Positions 50,480 to 58,073 of a stretch of DNA of 64,000 bases are shown here, piece by piece. This DNA comes from a virus. The notes under the pieces are model-generated. The model made no database searches and was not told the origin of the DNA. It saw only the letters and a program-made list of their open reading frames with translations. The stretch is from the IMG/VR virus record IMGVR_UViG_3300021959_000011, positions 32,001-96,000 of that record; one strand, 5' to 3'. Numbering within the stretch: position 1 is the stretch's first letter; each line of letters opens with the position of its first letter. The translations under genes and the position numbers were made by a program.

Positions 50480-50767
50480 TTAGTCCTTTCTAGCATCTTT
50501 TTGTCCATCTGCCCTTGCAATTCTATTTAAATCTGCAGGGAGCATTGGAATATTAAATGAACGGCACATTAATATATCTATTCTCAAAAGTTCATTATTC
50601 ATCGTTTTCACTCTATTATCAAGAGACTTTACGAATCCTCTTTGGGTACGGATATCATCTAAGACTCCGGCCAATATGAATTTCAATGTTAGGAACACAA
50701 AAAATCCACCCGCCAAAGCGGATGCAATTGGAAACCCCACATCACTGACCAAATCTAAAATATCCAT
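50480..50767 (-). CDS. Single-TM coiled-coil protein (YvrJ/holin-like)
   Basis: DLVSDVGFPIASA...LDNRVKTMNNELLRI. Confidence 0.7.
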   Translation of the reverse strand: MDILDLVSDVGFPIASALAGGFFVFLTLKFILAGVLDDIRTQRGFVKSLDNRVKTMNNELLRIDILMCRSFNIPMLPADLNRIARADGQKDARKD

Positions 50768-50786
50768 AATAGTTTATCCTCAAAAC

Positions 50787-50794
50787 TATTTATA
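50787..50794 (-). promoter_or_regulatory. T4-type late promoter heading the csg/FecR/cyclase operon
   Basis: Exact TATAAATA about 20 nt upstream of the ATG at 50767. Confidence 0.75.
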
Positions 50795-50815
50795 AAAATC
50801 AAAGAATTTACTTTA

Positions 50816-51292
50816 TTATCCTTGGGCCGACATGATAAGAAACACAATTAATGCCAATATTCCTGATAGACAAAGTATTAAAAATATAATTAATAGAAAT
50901 TCAAAAAACTTTTTACGTCTTTCCATTTGTTTATAAATGGTTTCTTCTCTTTCTTTTCGAATATTTCTACGCAACTCTACCATTTCTTTCCACGTACCAT
51001 AACCAAAACGGTTATTCAGTAGTGCCTGTAGGTCTGCCTCTTGTTCTGCGAGTTTCTTTTTATGAATAATTATCTGGAGGGCCTCTTCTTCGACAGAACC
51101 AGAAGAAAAAAGTTTAGTAAATAGTGGGGGATTTTTTCTTTGACTCTCTGCTCGAGTCAAATCTGCTGCAGCACCATACCAACGACCAAGATGACCGGCG
51201 ACTTCTTCCAAGTCTCTTCCGGCCGATACTAATTTACGTATACCATTGTATGCTGTAGTTGCAGCAGTTATTGCTGTTATGGGGTCAATCAT
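50816..51292 (-). CDS. Conserved phage protein with C-terminal TM anchor
   Basis: MIDPITAITAAT start, hydrophobic tail; TATAAATA at 51381-51388. Confidence 0.7.
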   Translation of the reverse strand: MIDPITAITAATTAYNGIRKLVSAGRDLEEVAGHLGRWYGAAADLTRAESQRKNPPLFTKLFSSGSVEEEALQIIIHKKKLAEQEADLQALLNNRFGYGTWKEMVELRRNIRKEREETIYKQMERRKKFFEFLLIIFLILCLSGILALIVFLIMSAQG

Positions 51293-51393
51293 TATTATAC
51301 CTTTTACTTTACACCGTAAATATAAGAAATTTACGTTACATAGTAAATAATGATCTAAGGTTTCAATTCACATTACAAAGTATTTATAATATT

Positions 51394-51678
51394 TTAAAAA
51401 ACTCTACCACTTTCAGTCTCATTAATTAATCTACTCCATATCTTTAATTTGTTTCGTTTATGTTCTTCACGAATTTCCACTTCGTTCCAACTAAACATAT
51501 CCCATTCGTGGGCAAGATTAATCATCGTCATAACATCTCCAAGTTCATCTTGGAATTTTTTTCTGTCGTATTCACCTTTACGAATACATTTGGAACATTC
51601 TTGAATTAATTCGGCACATTCTTCCATAAGAATTACCAAAAGTTCATCTCTAGGGTCTTTGAACTGTTTAATACTCAT
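51394..51678 (-). CDS. MazG-like nucleotide pyrophosphohydrolase
   Basis: LMEECAELIQECSK...DELGDV (EExxE...ExxD). Confidence 0.75.
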   Translation of the reverse strand: MSIKQFKDPRDELLVILMEECAELIQECSKCIRKGEYDRKKFQDELGDVMTMINLAHEWDMFSWNEVEIREEHKRNKLKIWSRLINETESGRVF

Positions 51679-51851
51679 TTTAGCGACAAATCCATCTTTA
51701 CTAAAACCATAGTACCATCTACCTCTACGGCCACATATGTATCAGATTGTTGTACACCTAATTGTTTAAAAGTTTGGTTTCCAGAAACTGTTAATCTGAT
51801 GTTTGCATCGTCATCAGTTATCCAAGATGTTGTTGTGTTTACTCTATGCAT
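51675..51851 (-). CDS. 58-aa hypothetical protein
   Basis: Hand translated MHRVNTTTSW...; ATGA overlap with the MazG-like gene. Confidence 0.5.
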   Translation of the reverse strand: MHRVNTTTSWITDDDANIRLTVSGNQTFKQLGVQQSDTYVAVEVDGTMVLVKMDLSLK

Positions 51852-51868
51852 AATATAATCCTATTAAT

Positions 51869-51945
51869 TGGTCGGAGTTAGAGGATTCGAACCTCTGACC
51901 CTCTGCTCCCAAAGCAGATGCGCTACCAGACTGCGCCAAACTCCG
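51869..51945 (-). tRNA. trnP: tRNA-Pro(TGG)
   Basis: Cloverleaf; anticodon arm TCTGC-TTTGGGA-GCAGA, GGTTCGAATCC T arm, encoded CCA. Confidence 0.95.
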
Positions 51946-51952
51946 TTTTATT

Positions 51953-52162
51953 TTAGTTTTCAGAAACTACTTTAATCATTTCATCAAAAAATTTAAAGTA
52001 AAGATTGTCTCCAAGAATATCCATCCAACCATCAATGCACAAATCTGCATCGATAAAGTTCCAATTGAAAGAACCGTTGTTGTTGATATTTTCTGGATTG
52101 TTTGCAGCAACTTCGAACGCATTTTCAAAACCTACCGCAACTTCTGATGATACATAATTCAT
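51953..52162 (-). CDS. Small early hypothetical protein
   Basis: NWNFIDAD motif; own promoter at 52194-52222. Confidence 0.65.
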   Translation of the reverse strand: MNYVSSEVAVGFENAFEVAANNPENINNNGSFNWNFIDADLCIDGWMDILGDNLYFKFFDEMIKVVSEN

Positions 52163-52193
52163 AAGTGATTCCTTTTTTTCTAACTACCCTTAT

Positions 52194-52222
52194 AACATAT
52201 CTGATTCGATACTGATTGTCAA
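52194..52222 (-). promoter_or_regulatory. Early promoter with GANTC in the spacer
   Basis: TTGACA-17-TATGTT with CGAATCA in the spacer. Confidence 0.65.
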
Positions 52223-52233
52223 GCGAATAATTA

Positions 52234-52458
52234 ATGTGTAGGTGGGATTTAGGAATACCCACAATTCCAGAATGATACATCCTCTATCAAACTATCTGAA
52301 AAGCCTCATATCAAACTAGTTAGGTCTGAAATCTAGCACTCCCTGTCTCCAGAGTCTACAAGTGTCACTACAACTATGAGCCAAGTTAGGGGCTGTATTA
52401 CCCCCATTTCCTTGCACTACAATCCCTACTCCGTCGAGTTTGGATTTTTTAAACTTAC
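52234..52458 (-). ncRNA. Candidate ~225-nt structured ncRNA (possibly manA-motif-like)
   Basis: No ORF; own promoter; several hairpins and a 3' pseudoknot. Confidence 0.6.
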
Positions 52459-52464
52459 TTGTGA

Positions 52465-52493
52465 AGTATATCACATTTTATATATTGTGTCAA
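52465..52493 (-). promoter_or_regulatory. Sigma70 promoter for the candidate ncRNA
   Basis: TTGACA-17-TATACT. Confidence 0.75.
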
Positions 52494-52629
52494 GTCTTTT
52501 TTAAATTTTAATTAAACCATCCATATGTTAAACACCATAATTCCAAATAAATTTTATGGACACCAAAAACGACTATTGGCATTAAAGGTATCGATAAGAG
52601 CCAAAATAATGGATCTGTTAATATATCTT

Positions 52630-52842
52630 TCATTTCTTTCCTTGGTTAACTTGAACACAAATTCCCTGTGTATCTATGGGAAAGTGTCCATTTGGATTTC
52701 TCCCAATTTCTTCTGCAAGACTTTCTCTTGCCATAAAACAATCATACATGTTTGAAAATTCCCAATAACCTTCTACTCTAGGTTGCTTAACATTGTCTTC
52801 TGGGGTCAGACTAAACACTATGAAAACTAAAACCCATTTCAT
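52630..52842 (-). CDS. Small exported protein with two Cys
   Basis: MKWVLVFIVF start; C...C pair; ATGA overlap. Confidence 0.6.
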   Translation of the reverse strand: MKWVLVFIVFSLTPEDNVKQPRVEGYWEFSNMYDCFMARESLAEEIGRNPNGHFPIDTQGICVQVNQGKK

Positions 52843-53048
52843 TTATCTTTCCTTAGTGACCAACTAGCTGGTGATAATTCTTCCCAAATAAGTGTATCGC
52901 CATCATCCCAACCCATTTGATTCAAGAGGTCAACTGGCAATGGAAGAATTAAATCTTCTCCATCTTGTTCTATCTTAACAGTAAAACTATCTTTACGATT
53001 TACGGCATCATAGTTGGGATAACCTTTTTCAAATACTGGATTGTTCAT
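52839..53048 (-). CDS. AbrB/MazE-fold small protein
   Basis: GEDLILPLPVDLLNQMGWDDGDTL. Confidence 0.7.
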   Translation of the reverse strand: MNNPVFEKGYPNYDAVNRKDSFTVKIEQDGEDLILPLPVDLLNQMGWDDGDTLIWEELSPASWSLRKDK

Positions 53049-53205
53049 TTTCTATTCTTTTCATAATTTCATCTCTACGTTTATCTGTCATTTTTGTCCA
53101 TAACATAATTTCTTCCTGACTTCTACCACAACCAACACATTCCATATGTGTGTGTTTATTCACTAGGTGACATAATTTTATGCATGGACTTTTTAGTTTT
53201 TTCAT
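53029..53205 (-). CDS. DUF1289 (YdhL-like, Cys-rich) protein
   Basis: Hand translated KSPCIKLC...CVGCGRSQEEIMLW; below the ORF-track size cutoff. Confidence 0.8.
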   Translation of the reverse strand: MKKLKSPCIKLCHLVNKHTHMECVGCGRSQEEIMLWTKMTDKRRDEIMKRIENEQSSI

Positions 53206-53209
53206 TTTA

Positions 53210-53296
53210 TGGTGCCCGCAGCTGGACTTGAACCAGCACAGCGATATCGCCGACAGATTTTAAGTCTGTTGTGTCTACCTATTCCACCATGCGGGC
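53210..53296 (-). tRNA. trnL: tRNA-Leu(TAA)
   Basis: 87 nt with long variable arm; ACAGA-CTTAAAA-TCTGT anticodon arm; encoded CCA. Confidence 0.95.
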
Positions 53297-53304
53297 ATAT
53301 TATT

Positions 53305-53829
53305 TTAATCTGTAATGTACGTAGTATTTACGTATACTCTAATTGTATTACCCATTGGTAGAGTTGTTGGATGTATTGTAATCATTGTACCATTGACATC
53401 AGCAGTCACGATATAGTGACTAATTTTTTCAATAGTGTTATATGTATATTGGGTATAACATGATTGAATTGGACGATATCCTGAGATAACTCTTTGATTA
53501 CCTCTATCCCCTGCAATAACTCCACCAATGATCGCACCGGCGGCTGCACCTTGGTCATTACCTGTGGCACCTTTACCTAGTAATCCGCCAATAATCATAC
53601 CCTGAAGTACATTCGCACCACCATTACCACCTACATTTCCATAAATTGGAGCTTGAGTAGTATTACACACTCTCTCTGGCACTTTCTCCATAAAAGATGT
53701 ATAAACTGGTGACGAACTAAGAATACGTGCATCAACGTATTCCCCTGCATTTACAGGAGTAGTTGCAAATAGGGCGAGACCAACAAAGGTTGACTTCAAA
53801 AACGATTTCATTTTTTTCTCCACGTTCAT
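53305..53829 (-). CDS. Glycine-zipper 2TM exported protein (YcfJ-like)
   Basis: Signal peptide; GMIIGGLLG...GAAAGAIIGGVIAG; promoter TTGACA-17-TATAGT at 53839-53867. Confidence 0.75.
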   Translation of the reverse strand: MNVEKKMKSFLKSTFVGLALFATTPVNAGEYVDARILSSSPVYTSFMEKVPERVCNTTQAPIYGNVGGNGGANVLQGMIIGGLLGKGATGNDQGAAAGAIIGGVIAGDRGNQRVISGYRPIQSCYTQYTYNTIEKISHYIVTADVNGTMITIHPTTLPMGNTIRVYVNTTYITD

Positions 53830-53873
53830 TATGTATATACTATAACAGAAGTATATGTATTTGTCAATACATT

Positions 53874-55166
53874 TTAAATTTTCATAATATAAAAAATTGC
53901 ATAATATGGTGGTCGGTTTTCATGGCCATTTCCACCACCAGCGGAACCAGTAGTACCACTAAAGTTGTGTTGATGGTCTCCAATATGTCCTGTCTGTCCA
54001 GTAATTGTATGAGTATGTGCCCCTGCAGGTCTAATAGTATCTTGCCAATCTTCTAGTAATCTTTCTGCATCATCACTAAATGCACCAACACCATCTTTCT
54101 GACTACCATAATTTCCACGATCATTTGCATAAATTTGGTGTATGTGTTGACCTGCTTGATCTGTTTTTAATGTACCAGCTGTATGAGAATGTCCACCGCC
54201 GGGCCCGGCACTTAATCCACTACCATCGTGAGTATGATTTGGCATCTGGGCATCTGTTAAAGTGACTGATGCAGATCCACCAGTAGTATTTACTGCATAA
54301 CTATCCCCTGCCCCTACAACAAATCTATTTCTCAAATCTGGAGTACCGTTTGCACCATTACATAAGGCCCAACCAGTAGGAATATTAATTTCGGAACCAT
54401 GCCACATAATGATAGAACCGGCCGGCATTAAATTATTTGCAAAGTTAGTAATAGATTCTGTATCTAGATTAGTAACATGTCCTTCACCATCTAATGTAAC
54501 ACCTTGTACAACCACACTAGAAACACTACTTGCATTAGATGTATTTGCATGAGAAATTGTAAGAGTACCAGCAGTATCATTATATGCAGTATTAATACCA
54601 TTACCACCAGAGATTAATGCATTAACTCTATCATCAACTCTTTCATTTGTATGATATAAATTACTACCCTCTGTTAAGTCAGAAGTACTCTTTGATGCAA
54701 GGTCACTATTGAAATCAGAAGAACTATAACTGGTAACACTAATTACACCAGTACTTGAATCATACGTAACATCACCACCAGCTGAAATTGCAGCACGTAC
54801 TCTTGCCGCTGTGTGATACTGATTGGTACTACCTTCTGTTAGATTGTCAGTAGTTGCATTATTAGAATCGTAAACTTCGGAAATAATAGTTGATAACAAA
54901 TCTGCACCAACATTTTTAGTGAGTAAAGTAATTTCTGGTGGCGTTACACCTTGATTAAAATATGCAACATCAAACCAATCGTCATCAGTTGCATTACGCA
55001 TCTTTAAAATATGATTTGTTGTATCATACCACCACATATGTGCAAATGTATTTGGTGGTGTTGATGGATTTGCATTATTAGAAACAATTGCCTGCAAGGC
55101 ATCATTTATTTCTAATCTAAGATCGCTTGCAGTTTGATCCGATAGGACATAATCACTTACTGCCAT
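53874..55166 (-). CDS. Tail fibre protein with collar domain
   Basis: TDNLTEGSTNQY repeats; PAGSIIMW...PTGWALCNGANGTPDLRNRF collar; HxH motifs; HENRPPYYA; TATAAATA at 55198-55205. Confidence 0.85.
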   Translation of the reverse strand: MAVSDYVLSDQTASDLRLEINDALQAIVSNNANPSTPPNTFAHMWWYDTTNHILKMRNATDDDWFDVAYFNQGVTPPEITLLTKNVGADLLSTIISEVYDSNNATTDNLTEGSTNQYHTAARVRAAISAGGDVTYDSSTGVISVTSYSSSDFNSDLASKSTSDLTEGSNLYHTNERVDDRVNALISGGNGINTAYNDTAGTLTISHANTSNASSVSSVVVQGVTLDGEGHVTNLDTESITNFANNLMPAGSIIMWHGSEINIPTGWALCNGANGTPDLRNRFVVGAGDSYAVNTTGGSASVTLTDAQMPNHTHDGSGLSAGPGGGHSHTAGTLKTDQAGQHIHQIYANDRGNYGSQKDGVGAFSDDAERLLEDWQDTIRPAGAHTHTITGQTGHIGDHQHNFSGTTGSAGGGNGHENRPPYYAIFYIMKI

Positions 55167-55205
55167 GTTCGTTTCCTCTGTATGATAAGTTTAATACTAT
55201 TTATA

Positions 55206-55235
55206 CAAAAAAGAGGGGCTAACCATGGCCCCTCG
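55206..55235 (-). terminator. Intrinsic terminator after the porin-like gene
   Basis: GAGGGGC-CATGGTTA-GCCCCTC-TTTTTT on the minus strand. Confidence 0.8.
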
Positions 55236-55275
55236 CGTGTTTATTTAGTAACAACCCTATTAATGTATTAATGTA

Positions 55276-55629
55276 TTAGAATGAGAACGATGCACCAATA
55301 CTAATATCACCAACACCCCAATCTTTATCTGTGGTAGTTTTTCCATATACTTCCATGCCGGATACACTGGCAATTGGTGCAGTAATTTCATATTGCATAG
55401 ATGTAAATTCAATATCTTCTAAATCGATAACATTTGGTCCGACTTCGAATGATGCAACACCTAAATCCCATGTGAAATCTGCTTCATATGTGATGGCATT
55501 GGTTTCTGTTTCTAAGTTTCTTTCTGCGGTAAATTCATTATTAAATGACATTCCATTTCCAAGATCAATCGCAGATGCTGTGCCTGCTGTGGCCAAGATT
55601 AAAGCTGCAGCTGTTAATACGTTTTTCAT
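55276..55629 (-). CDS. Small outer-membrane beta-barrel-like protein
   Basis: Signal peptide (TASA), alternating beta strands, C-terminal GASFSF beta-signal. Confidence 0.65.
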   Translation of the reverse strand: MKNVLTAAALILATAGTASAIDLGNGMSFNNEFTAERNLETETNAITYEADFTWDLGVASFEVGPNVIDLEDIEFTSMQYEITAPIASVSGMEVYGKTTTDKDWGVGDISIGASFSF

Positions 55630-55654
55630 TATAGTTCTTTCTAATTAGAGTTAA

Positions 55655-55978
55655 AGTACGACTACTTCTGTTGCCAAGTGAGCCGCCAACTCCGTTAGAA
55701 TCAAGCTGCGATAGCCATCTCTACAGGTGCAAAATTATCGTTTGCATTTATTATTGTTGACCGAATAACGTAGGTCATCACGGCAATCTACTCTCATCTC
55801 TACACACCTGTCGATCCTAGTTCGCCCCCATCATAAATGCACTAACTTCGACCGCCACTTACGGGCCATCTATGTTCTGCAAAACTTCCTGTTGCAGCAG
55901 GACATAGTGCATTTATGGTGGAGGCGTTGGGTACTGCCCCCAAGTCCAGTATGTATGTTGAATCGTATCAACGACTAC
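55655..55978 (-). ncRNA. ssrA: Permuted two-piece tmRNA; tag ANDNFAPVEMAIAA* at 55745-55701
   Basis: Acceptor piece ...CGCCTCCACCA (ends 55916) precedes GGGGGCGAACTAGGATCGAC (starts 55829); G3-U70 pair; promoter TTGACA-17-TATAAA at 55986-56014; outer ends approximate. Confidence 0.93.
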
Positions 55979-56047
55979 AAATATATTTATACACTATACT
56001 CTGTAAAATGTCAATACATTTCTATATGAAATATAGTGTGTTGTATT

Positions 56048-56260
56048 TTAGTCACTCCAACCATTTCTACTAAGTGCGAATGCACCATAACCAAACATAA
56101 ACAAACCACCAATGGAGCCAATTGCAGTTTGCCATAATGGAATCGGTTCAATATCTACTCCCGACATAATAAGTTCCATTGTGTAATCATCATTACCAAC
56201 AAAACCCAACATAATAAACAATCCACTAAAGCAGATAATTCCATTGATTATATTTTTCAT
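56048..56260 (-). CDS. Small two-TM membrane protein
   Basis: Two hydrophobic helices flanking VGNDDY. Confidence 0.6.
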   Translation of the reverse strand: MKNIINGIICFSGLFIMLGFVGNDDYTMELIMSGVDIEPIPLWQTAIGSIGGLFMFGYGAFALSRNGWSD

Positions 56261-56673
56261 AATACGTTATCCTTCCAAAGTTCTACGGTGTATTTGTCTT
56301 GTAACCTGTATGCCTCTTTTTCCCAAGGTTGATCCATGTAAGTAACATCTTGACAATTTCTACCTTTCCAATATTGGACGGCATTTACATCAACTAATTC
56401 CTTACGTGCATATTGTTTGACATGTATCATTTCATGAATAACAGTACAAACTAAATCATAAAGAGTTAAATTTCTCTCTATCTCCAATTCGAACTCATTA
56501 CCATCAAGGTGCAAACAACAACCTTCGATACCTTGTTTTTTACAATCTTTTAATTGAATTTGGATATCTAACGTTCTAAACCGTTTCATATGGTTTCTAA
56601 TAAACCACCCAACAGTCTTTCCGACAACATCTCTCTGAGACTTCAAACCACCAGTGACTTCTACGTAGTTCAT
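56257..56673 (-). CDS. Zinc metallopeptidase-like protein
   Basis: HEMIHVKQY (HExxH) and PWEKEAY; promoter TTGACT-17-TATAAT at 56705-56733. Confidence 0.8.
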   Translation of the reverse strand: MNYVEVTGGLKSQRDVVGKTVGWFIRNHMKRFRTLDIQIQLKDCKKQGIEGCCLHLDGNEFELEIERNLTLYDLVCTVIHEMIHVKQYARKELVDVNAVQYWKGRNCQDVTYMDQPWEKEAYRLQDKYTVELWKDNVL

Positions 56674-56783
56674 AACAAACTCCTATCAATCAAAATATAC
56701 ACATATTATACGATATTGATTGATAGGAGTCAAGCATTCTTTGAAAAAAGAACTCTTTGTAAATCAATGACTTACAAATTATT

Positions 56784-56993
56784 TTACTTTTTATTTACTG
56801 GAGTGTACTGATTTTCTACGTCAAAGGGCTCAGTTTCTAGTATTTTCTTTGCCCTCTTTAATTCATATTGATGATAAGGGTCAGGACTATCTTCCTTGAA
56901 CCTTTTCATTACACCTTTAGCGCGATTTCTTTCATAATATGAATACATTCCAAACGAATCTGCCTCTACAGGATTGTCCGGCCAATCTGACAC
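56784..56993 (-). CDS. Hypothetical protein
   Basis: 69-aa ORF abutting the endolysin stop. Confidence 0.5.
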   Translation of the reverse strand: MSDWPDNPVEADSFGMYSYYERNRAKGVMKRFKEDSPDPYHQYELKRAKKILETEPFDVENQYTPVNKK

Positions 56994-57464
56994 TTAGACA
57001 ATCAGTTCGAAATGTGGGCCATCAATAAATGGTCTACGTCCTTGTGAACGGCGTAAATCAACATATGCATTCATTGCATCTTCTGCAGTACCACTATAAG
57101 AACGAATATCACCTTCTGACCATGCAGCACCCCATTTGACTGCAACACCATGTTCTTCGGCGGCCTGTTTGAATGCATCACAGATATCATCATATACATT
57201 GATTTCCCAGATAACTTCTGATCCATCATAGGCGACAACATCTACTGCGTGAGAATACCCACTATCTTGAATTAAATGTTTAGATTTCATAGTCTGAGAA
57301 CGTCCAGATGCAACCAATCTTTTCTGTTCTTCTAGTTCACGTACTCCATAGGTCACACCAAAATCAACTTTGGTCAATTCAATAGCACGTTCAACGACTG
57401 CGACCATATCTGGATGGACGCCTTCTAATTTACCTTTTGATCTATTTGAAAGTTTAAAAGCCAT
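56994..57464 (-). CDS. Endolysin, peptidase M15 (L-Ala-D-Glu endopeptidase-like)
   Basis: LEGVHPD, SQTMKSKH, HAVDV, WGAAW, DGPHFEL. Confidence 0.9.
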   Translation of the reverse strand: MAFKLSNRSKGKLEGVHPDMVAVVERAIELTKVDFGVTYGVRELEEQKRLVASGRSQTMKSKHLIQDSGYSHAVDVVAYDGSEVIWEINVYDDICDAFKQAAEEHGVAVKWGAAWSEGDIRSYSGTAEDAMNAYVDLRRSQGRRPFIDGPHFELIV

Positions 57465-57524
57465 TATAATATCCTCATTAAGCTCTGTGGCATGTTACCA
57501 CAACATTATTTAGTAATCAATATT

Positions 57525-57707
57525 TTACCCACTTACATAAGTGTCTTTGGGTCTAAACCACACTTTCTGGTGGTGTATTTTTGCCAACAACTCAGTAACT
57601 TTTCGTTTATTATTGTTGTCTAATTCATTCTGGTAATGACGTAGAGCCTTTTCAATATACTCTACGTCACTTACTGTTAGTTTGAATTTTTCATTTGGTT
57701 TATTCAT
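57525..57707 (-). CDS. Small hypothetical protein
   Basis: MNKPNEKFKLTVSDVEYIE...HHQKVWFRPKDTYVSG. Confidence 0.65.
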   Translation of the reverse strand: MNKPNEKFKLTVSDVEYIEKALRHYQNELDNNNKRKVTELLAKIHHQKVWFRPKDTYVSG

Positions 57708-57715
57708 ACTATTAT

Positions 57716-57904
57716 TTATATTGTTGGATCATATTGTTCGCCATTGTAGCCAGGGTAACTCTGACCATCATGCACACCAGAGTTACATCCTACAACAACA
57801 ACAAGTAAAAATAATATAGACCACAACGTTACTCTTTTACTCCAAACCATAAATGCATCAAAAGTTTTTTCTGCCTCTTGTTGTGCCTGTTCTCTAGGAG
57901 TCAT
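57716..57904 (-). CDS. aa3-type cytochrome c oxidase subunit IV-like single-TM protein
   Basis: Start moved to MTPREQAQQEAEKTFDAFMVWSKRV followed by a TM helix; resembles the EKTFxxF motif of alphaproteobacterial subunit IV. Confidence 0.5.
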   Translation of the reverse strand: MTPREQAQQEAEKTFDAFMVWSKRVTLWSILFLLVVVVGCNSGVHDGQSYPGYNGEQYDPTI

Positions 57905-58073
57905 AAGATATTCCGAAACATGGTATCCAACTCTTATTACAATACTGGGCGTAATCTTCCAACCCAACCATTGCCATAAGTGCCAAGATTGGTACACCAA
58001 CAATCATGAATGCGATAACTGCAAAGGCCTTACCCAAATCTTTAGTTGTACAATAATTAGTTTGTTCACTCAT
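57894..58073 (-). CDS. 59-aa membrane protein with three Cys
   Basis: Hand translated MSEQTNYCTTKDLGKAFAVIAFMIVGVPILALMAMVGLEDYAQYCNKSWIPCFGISYDS*; overlaps both neighbours. Confidence 0.6.
   Translation of the reverse strand: MSEQTNYCTTKDLGKAFAVIAFMIVGVPILALMAMVGLEDYAQYCNKSWIPCFGISYDS

Noticed and set aside
57905-58003. N-terminal extension of ORF 57716-58003
   Set aside because: Overlaps the 57894-58073 membrane-peptide gene; the ATG at 57904 is more plausible
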